A stretch of 64,000 nt of DNA from Anaerohalosphaeraceae bacterium (lineage in GTDB: Bacteria; Planctomycetota; Phycisphaerae; Sedimentisphaerales; Anaerohalosphaeraceae), in contig CAXXSL010000008.1 in NCBI GenBank assembly GCA_963675525.2, positions 209,819-273,818 of the forward strand, given 5' to 3'. Position numbers and translations under genes: made by a program. Positions within the stretch are counted from its first letter, which is position 1, and every line of letters starts with the position of its first letter. Shown here in pieces: positions 54,401-60,427 of this stretch. The notes beneath the pieces are model-generated. The model was not told the DNA's origin, ran no database searches, and saw only the letters and a program-made list of their open reading frames with translations.

Positions 54401-54452
54401 CAGTAATTGAAAAGCATAAAAACGCCGCTATCAGGATGGTAATATTTCTCAT
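42498..54452 (-). CDS. Giant secreted protein (~3984 aa): lysyl-endopeptidase-like serine protease, Fn3-like repeats, beta-helix modules, poly-Gly inserts, dockerin-like motif
   Basis: Signal peptide from ATG 54452; TANHC / DMCL / GSSGSG triad; many GGAI and FxxN repeats; GGxGGxGG tracts; DINFDSLVDTYD. Confidence 0.85.
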   Translation of the reverse strand: MRNITILIAAFLCFSITAWARQGVPPVSQEKSVLDLTAIDVYTTSQVDPDALKAEDPCKIDPAPLRFAYPFQSDITTETDGTWETLDDGSRLWRLRIDSPGATDLNFGFSFFHLPDGAMFHIISELNGYYQGPYTVDDNKADGQFWSPLVPGGQAVLELHVPSDVVGAPQLRLTQIGGGYRDMFKITQSQKSGACNNDVVCPEGDAWRDEIRSVAVYTLNGFFSCTGTLIMDADRSFTPYFLTANHCGIDAFNASSMVVYWNFESPACGQLGGGDLNQNQSGATFCASRFDVDMCLVTLQEQPLDTFDVYYAGWDRSGATPAGSVGIHHPNTDEKAISFNTDPLSTSDSCIGTGGINSHWLVDDWEDGTTEPGSSGSGLWDPDTHNLVGFLSGGIAACPDNNGWDCYGKFSVAWDGIDSTQRLQDWLDPSNIGVLSVNGSNPFSAGPSDNTQGPLPDPAEWDVEPVPTGLHHAVMKATNATGDNGVEYFFDCVNVPAENDPNFDSGWQDSPLYVVTNLEEGTTYTFRTQVRDKSENQNATMWSPEVTFTTASGVDNLPPAPNSTWVSVPREVSLGYRERHIAMIVSRSYDENGVEYFFDCVYAADNRDTNNVIVLDPNLYDSGWISQTDYTVKVVQAVDHEYVFQVYARQALNRDPGELEEVYQTQPTSTRGTYTGTNPRTLEVPYPYSTIQSAINSANNGDTVVVQPGIYGTTNIDFGGRAITVRSVDPSNPDVVAATIIDPSLVDLSEDDHSENRAFIFQTGETRSSVVDGFTIQNGAAIHAPDTAPDPDNPDPNGVDAFGGAIAIYGSSPTISNCVIRDCYAWGQNGQNGDNGDASLVEDGGDGDDAEEDGSDGDDGADGGGAGGNGGAGAAGGDAGPGDPGQAGEDGGHGGHGYGGAIYCDDHSSPLIRKCRISNTYARGGDAGYGGNGTNGGAGGDGGDGTDGGNGGTGGAGVDGVGGGAGGDGGDGGAGGLGGDGGIGGDAGHGGNGGNGFGGAIFFGHDSQPEIEDCEIDSCYVLIGMGNRGGVAGAGGLAGDGGAGGAGGDGGGGTDDGADGADGADGAGGDGGVGGDGGIGGNAGHDGGGTADIWQVIYGGAIYMDTSCNLRMSGTVLSNNSTPVTRVERTIDRYTGGNGGNGGAGGSAGEDETGAGGAGGHGGNGGDASGVISDGDVDFEGIGGNGGAGGAGGAGGDVEGMGGNGGDGGAGGNGGNGGNGDPDGADGADGPDVAPVHVSAYGGAMLMRPGSSLTATDCEFNFNRCPDDDGGAIYAQTGTVTIFTGCDFDSNDAQDEGGAICYFRPQSVSFTDCTFNENTTHGDGGGAIAYDDNAASGTFNVVDCVFTNNQTIGTGSNSTGGAIWIHRGALMDAHIEGSQFSGNRSLYGGAICVFDVFLTVDDSEFSSNEGEYGGAIYSAESDVQITGSNFTQNTALDASTGPVGSGGALYCLSESVRIYNCQFMENEAEASGGAVYIIGPFDSIPNGTQDIVNCLMYNNTAGINGGGIGVMNGAEPYLVNCTLYENIVTGSWGFGGGVSCGYDYINPNGGFLLESLVLLENSILWGNIAEFGEQAALGDPLDVYDPNVFCDVVLSYTDIQGGIEAIYLGEPTENMLAYDWGEDTVISVDPQFVQAGPEPGFYLSQAAAGQLPETESPCVNAGTDTGYISYLADDLADFLGIGVTTRTDHVADADPVDMGYHYDASLLVLEYSLTTSVVKVDSTAHGFIQQNNGLLHVDPNTIWYTQGTVVPLAAFPDSDPNYRVAYWSGTDNDFIFDEENTVTMAGNRVVQVEFELDVPKNLYVPESYDTIEEAIEAAYSGDRIVLAPRPDSPYLIENPDGLNFGRDRYGNAKNIVITSTDPENESIIASTIIDCQGSRYVSKRAFHFESGENASSIIQGITIRNAFTAEIGLSYAVSTGYWPWWRGIDPTSWDESPPDPLPPLRGLSGTDATGDSYGGAILIENGSSPTIYNCVFENCTVSGGVGGDGEDGLWPANLDAGDDDLDSQSGGHSGKGTGDGYGGAIAVIRGDNPFSPPSNPQILNCTFRNNRATGGWGGIPGDAGRSYNSGRYGWGGNDYNGLFDAYLYYGLSLDAGYGEGDGRGGAIYVAKDCMPRIVECTFESNYARPGYVSAGGAESPGGNAYPEPWAEDPWDEYDGVRDGRDGILITYGKIAGGAVFFEEDANISLEGCRFVENEAYVVSGTEDPTIDPPVTTRGGAVYCDPNVTLEIYDSEFKDNAAGALYCSTSVDLSLERTDFINNVSAYPIDETVLVATVQDFDTAGAVTVEVDAAVESSIVDCRFLGNTSHTGGGAIRTDSDMRLTNCILNGNSSQGNGGAVYSYVPVPGPVIRTTKLRIENCELSGNEAQGLGGAGFVKNCILTVSDSFLVLNKAFSGGGFRVSQGTTDFIMNGCLVYGNEATGTIAGAHRTVTEEGFGGGLHITDTPFKVVDTRFENNLAEGIISAGGALCITGSQSYYDQTLANCLFANNHSDNQGGGLSCQLYVDVKIDNCTFADNSSDSSLGGALYVNHLSSATLKNSIVSGNIGIGIYEKESGDTQASYTLFYDNQGGDVRDGASGSIYSAGAAPGYMNIVPGNPVPQFQSGLLGMYYLNQTSSPAINAGSITALTAGLNTFTTDPAVSNVILDQGVVDLGYHYDDPDGIEKFTLNASIVDENVDANGDHTVLTEAGTIAPNSGSYLRGVVLQLTADVNKEYFLTGWSGGTFNDNLQEASNTVLMAQDKDIAVLVRMRQTLSVGTSSDYALLGDALDDAQDGDIILIAPGEYTSPSQFGSLVNNIVLDNKKVTITGSNPDDESVVRATIFRDFDFELSNLDNRTSIEGITVHEGQMDMLNADPIIRNCVFSECRFTDAQLVHAGNVPDGTDGYSQYPLHGGAMSMYNSSPKIINCRFEDNALFAVDGENGYDGGSDHPNGGDGGWPSPTYGGAVYCGLSSDPEFVSCTFTGNEVFGANGGNGADYVVVDNVIWWGGRGGGWIFDDYNEEYLITTTEWDGWAYNAYGDKYSFYSPYELFYGEYDLDVWRRWFNWTEAYTSWDQFIADYASDTMDPLGDPYDQFLDVWRYSGYGGAVYCEFDSNATFKDCVFEENQSHGGLTGVGGAQYGTNAWPDRQLNMPTAGGAVFAAYDCELEFTNCTFRNNVADTSTVDLPHSFQVSYGGAVAYKYDCKVTFNDCYLSENNATVGGGLYGWDSTSEITDCNILGNEAYFGAGVYLSQKAAVVTNSLFYANMAKTPQVIVVPPEDPQDPDEPVVPVAALDVTGSGAGLMADSVNLQTHDTVFVNNTADLSGGGLMLTGTVPVVTDIFNCLFGVNYASRDGGGASVNWNSRVSFGNCTFAENTSNGNDALGFVGSGGGLYCAYDSVVDVNDSIFWSNSATQGTQITVGTGFEFDPRPSTLTINYADVAGYPSTNAIYVGPGCELNGLNQIINSDPLFESALEPASDGTSSNYYLDQIGPPVSPCINAGSGLASGTGRVAADGTDVFLSDYTTSIYAAHDKGIVDLGYHYRTAFKATCSKTDYVLNGQIDLSDWAVFASAWLLESCGQGNEWCGGVDINFDSLVDTYDMTGFASCWLESDTEPPFPNPLTWDIEPTAVAGTFDEIEMEVVFGHDAWWPDEDVRYQFKSGEFPNLSIFYVDQDANHDGWLTYGELDELSRNQDDIVVRIHPTASDLIAGQAYSLYVLAEDGSGNQTTLSDKLANPVLPGSNTQLPAAVWEVEPYNTIINPGPGAQIAVGMEVASYSPPAGYIVKYKFGRDLSFESPYQEDPVYIDTDVVIGQTYTYRARMAIVHESNPGQIITVSEWTPAFPITVAAADLEPPVPSANQDPLYPYKAQHAVAPDSLQSGGLWYQIITAIEAVDPSGVEYKFVCSDIDYNSGGSADPGPEWRNVTNVGIGTPNPTYPGFPASVQVPYRYVVLTANQQPGLIWYIFYRDLSTSGPNGEGNMGDSSDGWSENGPNPVVIVNPTP

Positions 54453-54953
54453 CGCCTCTTCCTTTCGAGTCACACAGTAAATGGATAATGATAACTGTCT
54501 CATAATACCCTCCGTATAGGTTTTTTGATTTTTCATCTCTTATAGTCCCTATAAGATAAGCAAATTTCCATAAAGCACACCCGGCGCGCAATATCCGCAA
54601 CAGGTCCGAATTCAATAATCCCTTATGCTATCGGAAAATGATACAGGTGAGTTTAGTTCGATATATCAGAAAATACCCCCAAAGTCAAGATTAAACCACT
54701 TTCGCTGACACTATCAGCCCCCGGGCGAAATTTTTTATAAGACCATAAGTTGAATGACCTAAACGTCACCGTCACGTCCGATATAGATGCCATTTTACAC
54801 GTTAACATAATTATTTGGGCGAAAAAAATGGAAAAATGTTACACTTTTTTTTATTTTTTTTTATACTCTTGTTTTTTCATGGCATTCTGGTCTCATTATG
54901 TCTTAAGATTGTCTTGATTTAAGTTGAAAAATCGACCGTAATATAGAGAAGAG

Positions 54954-56246
54954 ATGATGATTTTAACGGTTAAAAGGTCCTGTTTATCGGGTCCTGTCCA
55001 CATTCCCGGGTCGAAATCGCACACGATTCGCGCCATCGCCATCGCTTCGCTGGCATCCAAGACAAGCCGAATCCACAATCCATTGATCTCCAGTGATGCA
55101 CTCAGCGCCGTCGGTTGCTACCGCAGTCTCGGAGCCAGGATTGACACCAACCGCGACGATTTATGGGTTGTCGAAGGTCTCGCCGGAAAAATAAACCCAC
55201 AAACTCACAACATCGATGTCGGAAACTCCGGAACCACCATGAATATCGGCATCGGAAGCTGCTCGCTCGCAGACCCCGGCGTCGAGATTCATCTCACCGG
55301 CGACGAACAGATACAGCGACGCCCCGTCGGCCCTATCTTACAGGCAGTCAACGACTTAGGCGCCAAAGGCCGCTGCCTCAATGACAACGGCTGCCCCCCG
55401 CTGACCATCTCCGGCACCCTTGTCGGCGGCAAAACAACCCTGCGATGCACATCCAGCCAGTACCTGTCCAGCCTTCTGCTGGCCTGCCCGCTGGCCGAAG
55501 GCGACACCGAGATCGACGTCCCCCTGCTCTACGAGCCCGACTACGCCCGCATCACGCTGGACTGGCTCGACAAACAGGGCATCCAATACGAAGCCAAAGA
55601 CGACCTAAGCTGGTTCCGCATCCCCGGCGGGCAAGCCTACAAAGCGTTCGACCTGCCCGTTCCGGCCGATTTCTCCAGTGCGACATTCTTTCTCTGCGCC
55701 GCCGCCATCCTCGGCGATGAGGTCCTCGTGCAGGGTCTGGATTTTGCCGACAGCCAGCCGGACAAGGCGGTTGTCGATTACCTCAAAGCAATGGGAGCCG
55801 ATATTTCTCATGGATCGGACGGCGTGCGCGTCAGGAAGTCCGCGCTCAAGGGTATCGAGATCGACATGAACCGCACGCCCGACGCCCTGCCCGCGATGGC
55901 CGTTACCGCCGCACTGGCCGAAGGCACGACCCGGCTGGTCAATGTCCCCCAGGCACGCGAGAAGGAAACCGACCGCATCGCCTGCATGGCCGCCGAACTG
56001 GCCAAACTCGGCGTCAAAACGGAAGAATTGCCGGACGGATTGGTCGTACATGGACAGAATGGCCAGAATATGAAAGCTTGCGATCTCGCCGGACACGGCG
56101 ACCACCGCATCGTCATGGCACTCAGCATTGCCGGCATGGCGATGGATGAAAAAACAACCATCGATACGGCCGAAGCGATGAACGTCACCTTCCCTGAATA
56201 CACCACACTGATGACCTCGCTCGGCGCAAAGCTAACCGTCAGTTAA
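54954..56246 (+). CDS. aroA: EPSP synthase
   Basis: PGSKS, GNSGTT, SSQY, KETDR, DHR, FPEY. Confidence 0.96.
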   Translation: MMILTVKRSCLSGPVHIPGSKSHTIRAIAIASLASKTSRIHNPLISSDALSAVGCYRSLGARIDTNRDDLWVVEGLAGKINPQTHNIDVGNSGTTMNIGIGSCSLADPGVEIHLTGDEQIQRRPVGPILQAVNDLGAKGRCLNDNGCPPLTISGTLVGGKTTLRCTSSQYLSSLLLACPLAEGDTEIDVPLLYEPDYARITLDWLDKQGIQYEAKDDLSWFRIPGGQAYKAFDLPVPADFSSATFFLCAAAILGDEVLVQGLDFADSQPDKAVVDYLKAMGADISHGSDGVRVRKSALKGIEIDMNRTPDALPAMAVTAALAEGTTRLVNVPQAREKETDRIACMAAELAKLGVKTEELPDGLVVHGQNGQNMKACDLAGHGDHRIVMALSIAGMAMDEKTTIDTAEAMNVTFPEYTTLMTSLGAKLTVS

Positions 56247-56346
56247 AAAACACAAAAAAACATATTTTTCATTGACCTTGACCGCTACGATTACTGTATA
56301 ATCCCGAGCCATGAAAAGACTAAAACTTGATTAAACAGGAAATAAG

Positions 56347-58119
56347 ATGAACCGGAAACATTTTGATCTCGAAGGTAAAAAAGTCATCCTGCACACGCAG
56401 GGGCCGATCTGCACGACTTCCAGCGAACTGCTGCACAGTGAAATGTTCAGCAAGATGGTAGGCAGCTTCTGCAAGTCGCTTCTTAAAAAAGATGCCCCGG
56501 CCATCGGCCCTTTTAAAGACGTCTTCGGGACAACCGACCTGCCGAAAAAAGTGACCGACCTGCTCATCGAGCTGGCTCATGACCCGTTGAACGAGATCAT
56601 CAAAAACAGCCCCGAGCTGCAGCCGCTGGCCGAAAAGGAGAACCGGCTCTACACCCATGAATTCGTGGAAACCCTCTACGACTACTGGCGTTCCTTCGAC
56701 CGCTTCATGGTCCTGCACAGCGAACCGGGCAAAAGCAGTTTCGACCGCCGCCCCTACCGGGCATTCAACGTCACGGTCGAAACGCTGACCCACATCATCC
56801 GCAGCACCTATCGTGACATCTGCGAAAACATCATCGGCGACCATCCGCGTGTCTATCGCCAGGTCTTTGCCGGCTGCGATATCGGCCTGATCGCCGTACC
56901 CCGCCACACGACCATGCCCGCCCTGTACGATGCGGCCCTGAAAGATATCCCCTTCATCCGTCACGTCTGGATCGCCCCGCCGATGATCATCGACCCGCCG
57001 TCGAACACGCGGTCGGGTCAGTTTCAGAAGATCGCCGACAATCCGTTCGAGAACCTCAAGCTCGACAAGAAACGCTGGCTGTGCTACCCCGCGCAGGTCG
57101 GCCCGCTGGTGGTCTTCGTCTATTTCGACCAGCAGCAGATGGACCTGGGCTGCAGCCTGTCCAATCTGTTCGAACTGGCCACCGATGAGCAGATCGCCAG
57201 GGGCCCGGACGCGGTTTACTGCTTCGGCGTCGACCCGGACATCCTCAAGGCCCATCAGGACAATCCCACCGTCTTCTATGACGATCAGGAAAACAACATG
57301 ATGGCCGCGATGGTCCCCAATCAGCCGCAGTTCGGCTATTTCGGATACATCAAAAAAATGGTGCTGACTCTGCACAACATCGTCATGATGAAACGCCGCC
57401 GCATGCCCTATCACGGCGCGATGATACACATCTCGCTCAAGAACGGCAACTCGGCCAACATCGTCTTCATCGGCGACACCGCCACCGGCAAATCCGAAAC
57501 GCTCGAAGCGTTCCGGCTGCTCAGCAAGGAGCATATCCGTGAAATGAAGATCATCGCCGACGACATGGGCTCGTTCGAGGTCACCGACGACGGCCGGTTC
57601 ATCGGCTACGGCACGGAAACCGGGGCCTTTATCCGCCTCGACGACCTGCAGGCCGGCTATGCCTTCCAGCAGCTTGACCGCGCCATCATCATGAGCCCGC
57701 AAAAGGTCAATGCCCGGGTCGTGCTCCCCGTAACCACGCTGGAAGAGGTGCTCCACGGCTACCCCGTCGATTACCTGCTGTATGCCAACAACTACGAGCA
57801 GGTGGACCAGGACCACCCCGTTCTGGATTTCTTTGACACGCCCGAACTGGCCCTGCGGTGTTTCCGCGAGGGTGCCAGCATGGCCAAGGGAACCACCACC
57901 GCCGTCGGGCTGGGGCACAATTATTTCGCCAATATCTTCGGCCCGCCGCAGTACCGCAACCTGCACGAAAAGCTGGCCAAAGAATTCTTCAACAAGGCGT
58001 TTGACGCCGGCGTGCGCATCGGACAGATGCGGACGCGCCTGGGCATTCCCGGCTTCGAATCGGCCGGACCGCAGGAAGTCGCCAAAACCATCTTCGAGGT
58101 CCTGTCAAAAAAAGCCTGA
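56347..58119 (+). CDS. PEP-carboxykinase-like P-loop protein
   Basis: FGYIKK, PYHGAM, GDTATGKSET, IADDMG, TETGAFIR. Confidence 0.7.
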   Translation: MNRKHFDLEGKKVILHTQGPICTTSSELLHSEMFSKMVGSFCKSLLKKDAPAIGPFKDVFGTTDLPKKVTDLLIELAHDPLNEIIKNSPELQPLAEKENRLYTHEFVETLYDYWRSFDRFMVLHSEPGKSSFDRRPYRAFNVTVETLTHIIRSTYRDICENIIGDHPRVYRQVFAGCDIGLIAVPRHTTMPALYDAALKDIPFIRHVWIAPPMIIDPPSNTRSGQFQKIADNPFENLKLDKKRWLCYPAQVGPLVVFVYFDQQQMDLGCSLSNLFELATDEQIARGPDAVYCFGVDPDILKAHQDNPTVFYDDQENNMMAAMVPNQPQFGYFGYIKKMVLTLHNIVMMKRRRMPYHGAMIHISLKNGNSANIVFIGDTATGKSETLEAFRLLSKEHIREMKIIADDMGSFEVTDDGRFIGYGTETGAFIRLDDLQAGYAFQQLDRAIIMSPQKVNARVVLPVTTLEEVLHGYPVDYLLYANNYEQVDQDHPVLDFFDTPELALRCFREGASMAKGTTTAVGLGHNYFANIFGPPQYRNLHEKLAKEFFNKAFDAGVRIGQMRTRLGIPGFESAGPQEVAKTIFEVLSKKA

Positions 58120-58153
58120 AGAGAAAACGCTGGACGGAGAAACAACGTAACGC

Positions 58154-58410
58154 CGGCTTCCAGCCGGCCCTCCGTCATTCCCGCGCAGGAATGTCATCCC
58201 CGCGAAGGCGGGGACGGGAATCCAGAAAAACCTGCATCGACACCCCCGAAGCGGTGAATGTCACATTCCCCGAATACGTCTCCCTAATGACGCAACTCGG
58301 CGCTAACCTCACAACCGGAGATTGTCATTCCGAACGAATGCGAGGAATCTGTTTAAATGAAAAAATTCCAAAAGCCCGAAGAGCCTGCCCTGAGCCAAGC
58401 CGAATGGGGC
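58154..58410. repeat. Cluster of different REP-like short palindromes
   Basis: GCCGGC-TTCCA-GCCGGC; GTCATTCCCG...CGGGAATCCAG with nested CCCCGC-GAAG-GCGGGG; TGTCATTCC...GGAATCT; GCCTGCCCTGAGC...GGG. Confidence 0.6.
58227..58313 (+). pseudogene. Diverged duplicate of the aroA 3' end
   Basis: KTCIDTPEAVNVTFPEYVSLMTQLGANLT vs aroA KTTIDTAEAMNVTFPEYTTLMTSLGAKLT (22/29 identical). Confidence 0.85.
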
Positions 58411-58501
58411 TTGAACAATAATAGATAATATGTAGGCCATCCAAAAGTTCTTATAATGGTTTTTGAACCCTAAACCGGAACCATTATCGAAAGGATGGCC
58501 C

Positions 58502-59584
58502 ATGCGTAGTCTATCAAAGGTACAGACATTTTTCAACACTATCCGTTTAACCCGTAACGATGCATTGTTTATTGGTATTGACACCCATAAGGAAACGTAT
58601 CATGTCGCGCTGCACTTAAACGACACCCCCGCTCTTGATTTTGTCATGCCGTCGAATCCCAATCAACTTATTGAACAGCTCAAACCGGTCCAGCACGCCA
58701 TCAAAGAGATTGTTTACGAAGCCGGGCCCACGGGCTATTCATTGGCTCGCACCTTACAAAAACACCATCTGCCCGTGACTATTGCGGCCACCTCTAAAAC
58801 GCCCCGGCCGGCCGCCAAAGAGGACAAGACAGATCGCCTGGACAGTAAAAAACTGGCGTGTTATCTGGCCAAGGGGCTCCTCAAACCGGTGACCATTCCT
58901 TCGGTCCAGCAGGAGGGGGACCGACAGTTGTGCCGGATGCGGCATCGTCAACGAAAAAACGGAGCCTGTGTCAAAACTCAAATCAAGTCATTTTTATTAC
59001 AACACGGGCTGACGGAACCGGAAGGGCTCAAATATTGGTCTGGTAAAAGCATCGACGCCCTCCGAGCCTTGCGGCTGCCAAAGCCATTACGTTTGTCACT
59101 GGACGCGTTACTCAGCGACCTGGACTACCATTCTGACAGACTGACGGTGCTTGAGCGTCTCCTGGACGAAAGGATGGGGTCAACACCAACCGGCCAGCGG
59201 ATTGCATTACTTCAAACACATCCCGGCATCGGACCGGTGACAGCACGACAGTTTGTTACGGAAGTGTTCCACTATGACCATTTTGAGACATCCTGCCAAG
59301 TGGTCAAATATGTCGGATTGGCCCCGACGATCCATCAAAGCGGTTCAAAAAGTACATCCGGCCCCATCAATCGGGACGGGAAGCCGTCCCTTCGTTGCAC
59401 ACTCATTCAAGCCGCATGGCAGTGGGTTGCCGTTGATGTTAAGGCCAAACAATACTTTTGGCGGATTTGTCACAGCAATGGGGGTATCAAACAGAAAGCG
59501 ATCACTGCGGTGGCTCGAAAACTGACCGTGCATCTGTGGCGCATGTTGATAAAAAATGAACCCTATCGGGCGGAAAAAGCTTAA
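58502..59584 (+). CDS. IS110-family DEDD transposase/recombinase
   Basis: GIDTHK, YEAGPTG, KTDRLD, PGIG, GLAPTIHQSG, AVARKL. Confidence 0.95.
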   Translation: MRSLSKVQTFFNTIRLTRNDALFIGIDTHKETYHVALHLNDTPALDFVMPSNPNQLIEQLKPVQHAIKEIVYEAGPTGYSLARTLQKHHLPVTIAATSKTPRPAAKEDKTDRLDSKKLACYLAKGLLKPVTIPSVQQEGDRQLCRMRHRQRKNGACVKTQIKSFLLQHGLTEPEGLKYWSGKSIDALRALRLPKPLRLSLDALLSDLDYHSDRLTVLERLLDERMGSTPTGQRIALLQTHPGIGPVTARQFVTEVFHYDHFETSCQVVKYVGLAPTIHQSGSKSTSGPINRDGKPSLRCTLIQAAWQWVAVDVKAKQYFWRICHSNGGIKQKAITAVARKLTVHLWRMLIKNEPYRAEKA

Positions 59585-59589
59585 ACAGT

Positions 59590-59765
59590 ATACGAATGGA
59601 TTGAAGCTCACCACGACGTGCCGACCACGGCCCGAGGCTTGTGTCTTGAACACGATTGTAGATTGTTGGCGGCACCTCAGGAAGAACGAATCGATTAACG
59701 TGTGCTTCGAGCACGAATAACAGACTGAGCGATCAATCTTGAAAGACAAGGAATATCGATATGAA
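59590..59765 (+). ncRNA. Predicted bridge/seek RNA of the IS
   Basis: Two paralogous hairpin modules flanked by segments matching the donor junction and the target site. Confidence 0.6.
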
Positions 59766-59823
59766 GTAAAAAACAAAAAATTGTTGGTTTTAAAATATAA
59801 GACTTGTAAGATGGCCTCATAAC

Positions 59824-59888
59824 AGCCCCGGGTGAAACCCGGGGAATAAAATCACCCCACAAACCATACGACCCCAAAGGGGTCGAAT
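59824..59888. repeat. Right half of the REP-like target element
   Basis: CCCCGGGT-GAA-ACCCGGGG and CGACCCC-AAA-GGGGTCG palindromes. Confidence 0.7.
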
Positions 59889-60104
59889 AAGTATCAATTT
59901 ACAATACGCATTCGACAATCGTCAATTCAACTGGCTTTTGACCCCCTTTGATTTATCTATAATTAACAGATTTGGGGTTTTATTGCGGCGTAAAATTGGC
60001 TTAAATTTCATGAAAAATCGCTGTTTTATGGCTTTTTTTGATGCTTATTGTTTTTTTTTGTTTTTTTGTTGTTTTCAGGGCATTATAGGTCTTATAATTC
60101 AAGT

Positions 60105-60282
60105 CACAAAAGTGTTCGTCACACAAAACAGGGTTAGAGGGCACAGGTCCAACGGGCCTGAATTTATAATTTTGAATTCTTAATTTTGAATTAGATTGGT
60201 GCTTAGTTCGGAGTTCTGAAGACAGGGGACTAAGGACTGAATTAGATTGGAAGAGGAAATCGTTTTTTGTTCCGGCATCTGA
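60105..60282 (+). repeat. Left copy of the 113-bp inverted repeat / structured element (65 nt of extra sequence)
   Basis: Matches the reverse complement of 62024-62136 with 3 substitutions plus insertions. Confidence 0.9.
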
Positions 60283-60427
60283 AGTCCGGAGTACTTTTCC
60301 ATTCCAAAACCGTGGATTTAATTTTGAATTGAGGATGTCTTCGGAGATAGCGTTTTAAAAGAACTCAGGGCGTTTAATTATTTAATTCGATTGGAAAGAG
60401 GGAACGACATTAACTTAGGAGTTTGAA

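Larger units (their letters stand above)
58423..59823 (+). mobile_element. IS110-family insertion sequence, IS1111 type
   Basis: Sub-terminal IRs ATGTAGGCCATC (58430-41) and GATGGCCT-CAT (59810-20), 7 nt and 3 nt inside the inferred ends; long 3' non-coding region; no target duplication beyond the AG core. Confidence 0.8.

Noticed and set aside
54453..54536. Upstream extension of the giant ORF
   Set aside because: The signal peptide and SD fit ATG 54452 better.
56320..57966. 548-aa minus-strand ORF opposite the PEPCK-like gene
   Set aside because: Antisense shadow of a GC3-rich gene; no motifs. The same applies to most short overlapping ORFs in the track.
59645..59652. CTTGAACA in the IS non-coding end identical to the left flank
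   Set aside because: It lies within a hairpin stem-loop that has a paralogous counterpart (TTCGAGCA) and is not adjacent to the inferred AG core; treated as probable coincidence.
60111..60139. dif/Xer-like site in the inverted repeat
   Set aside because: Only GTTA matches the XerD arm; insufficient.
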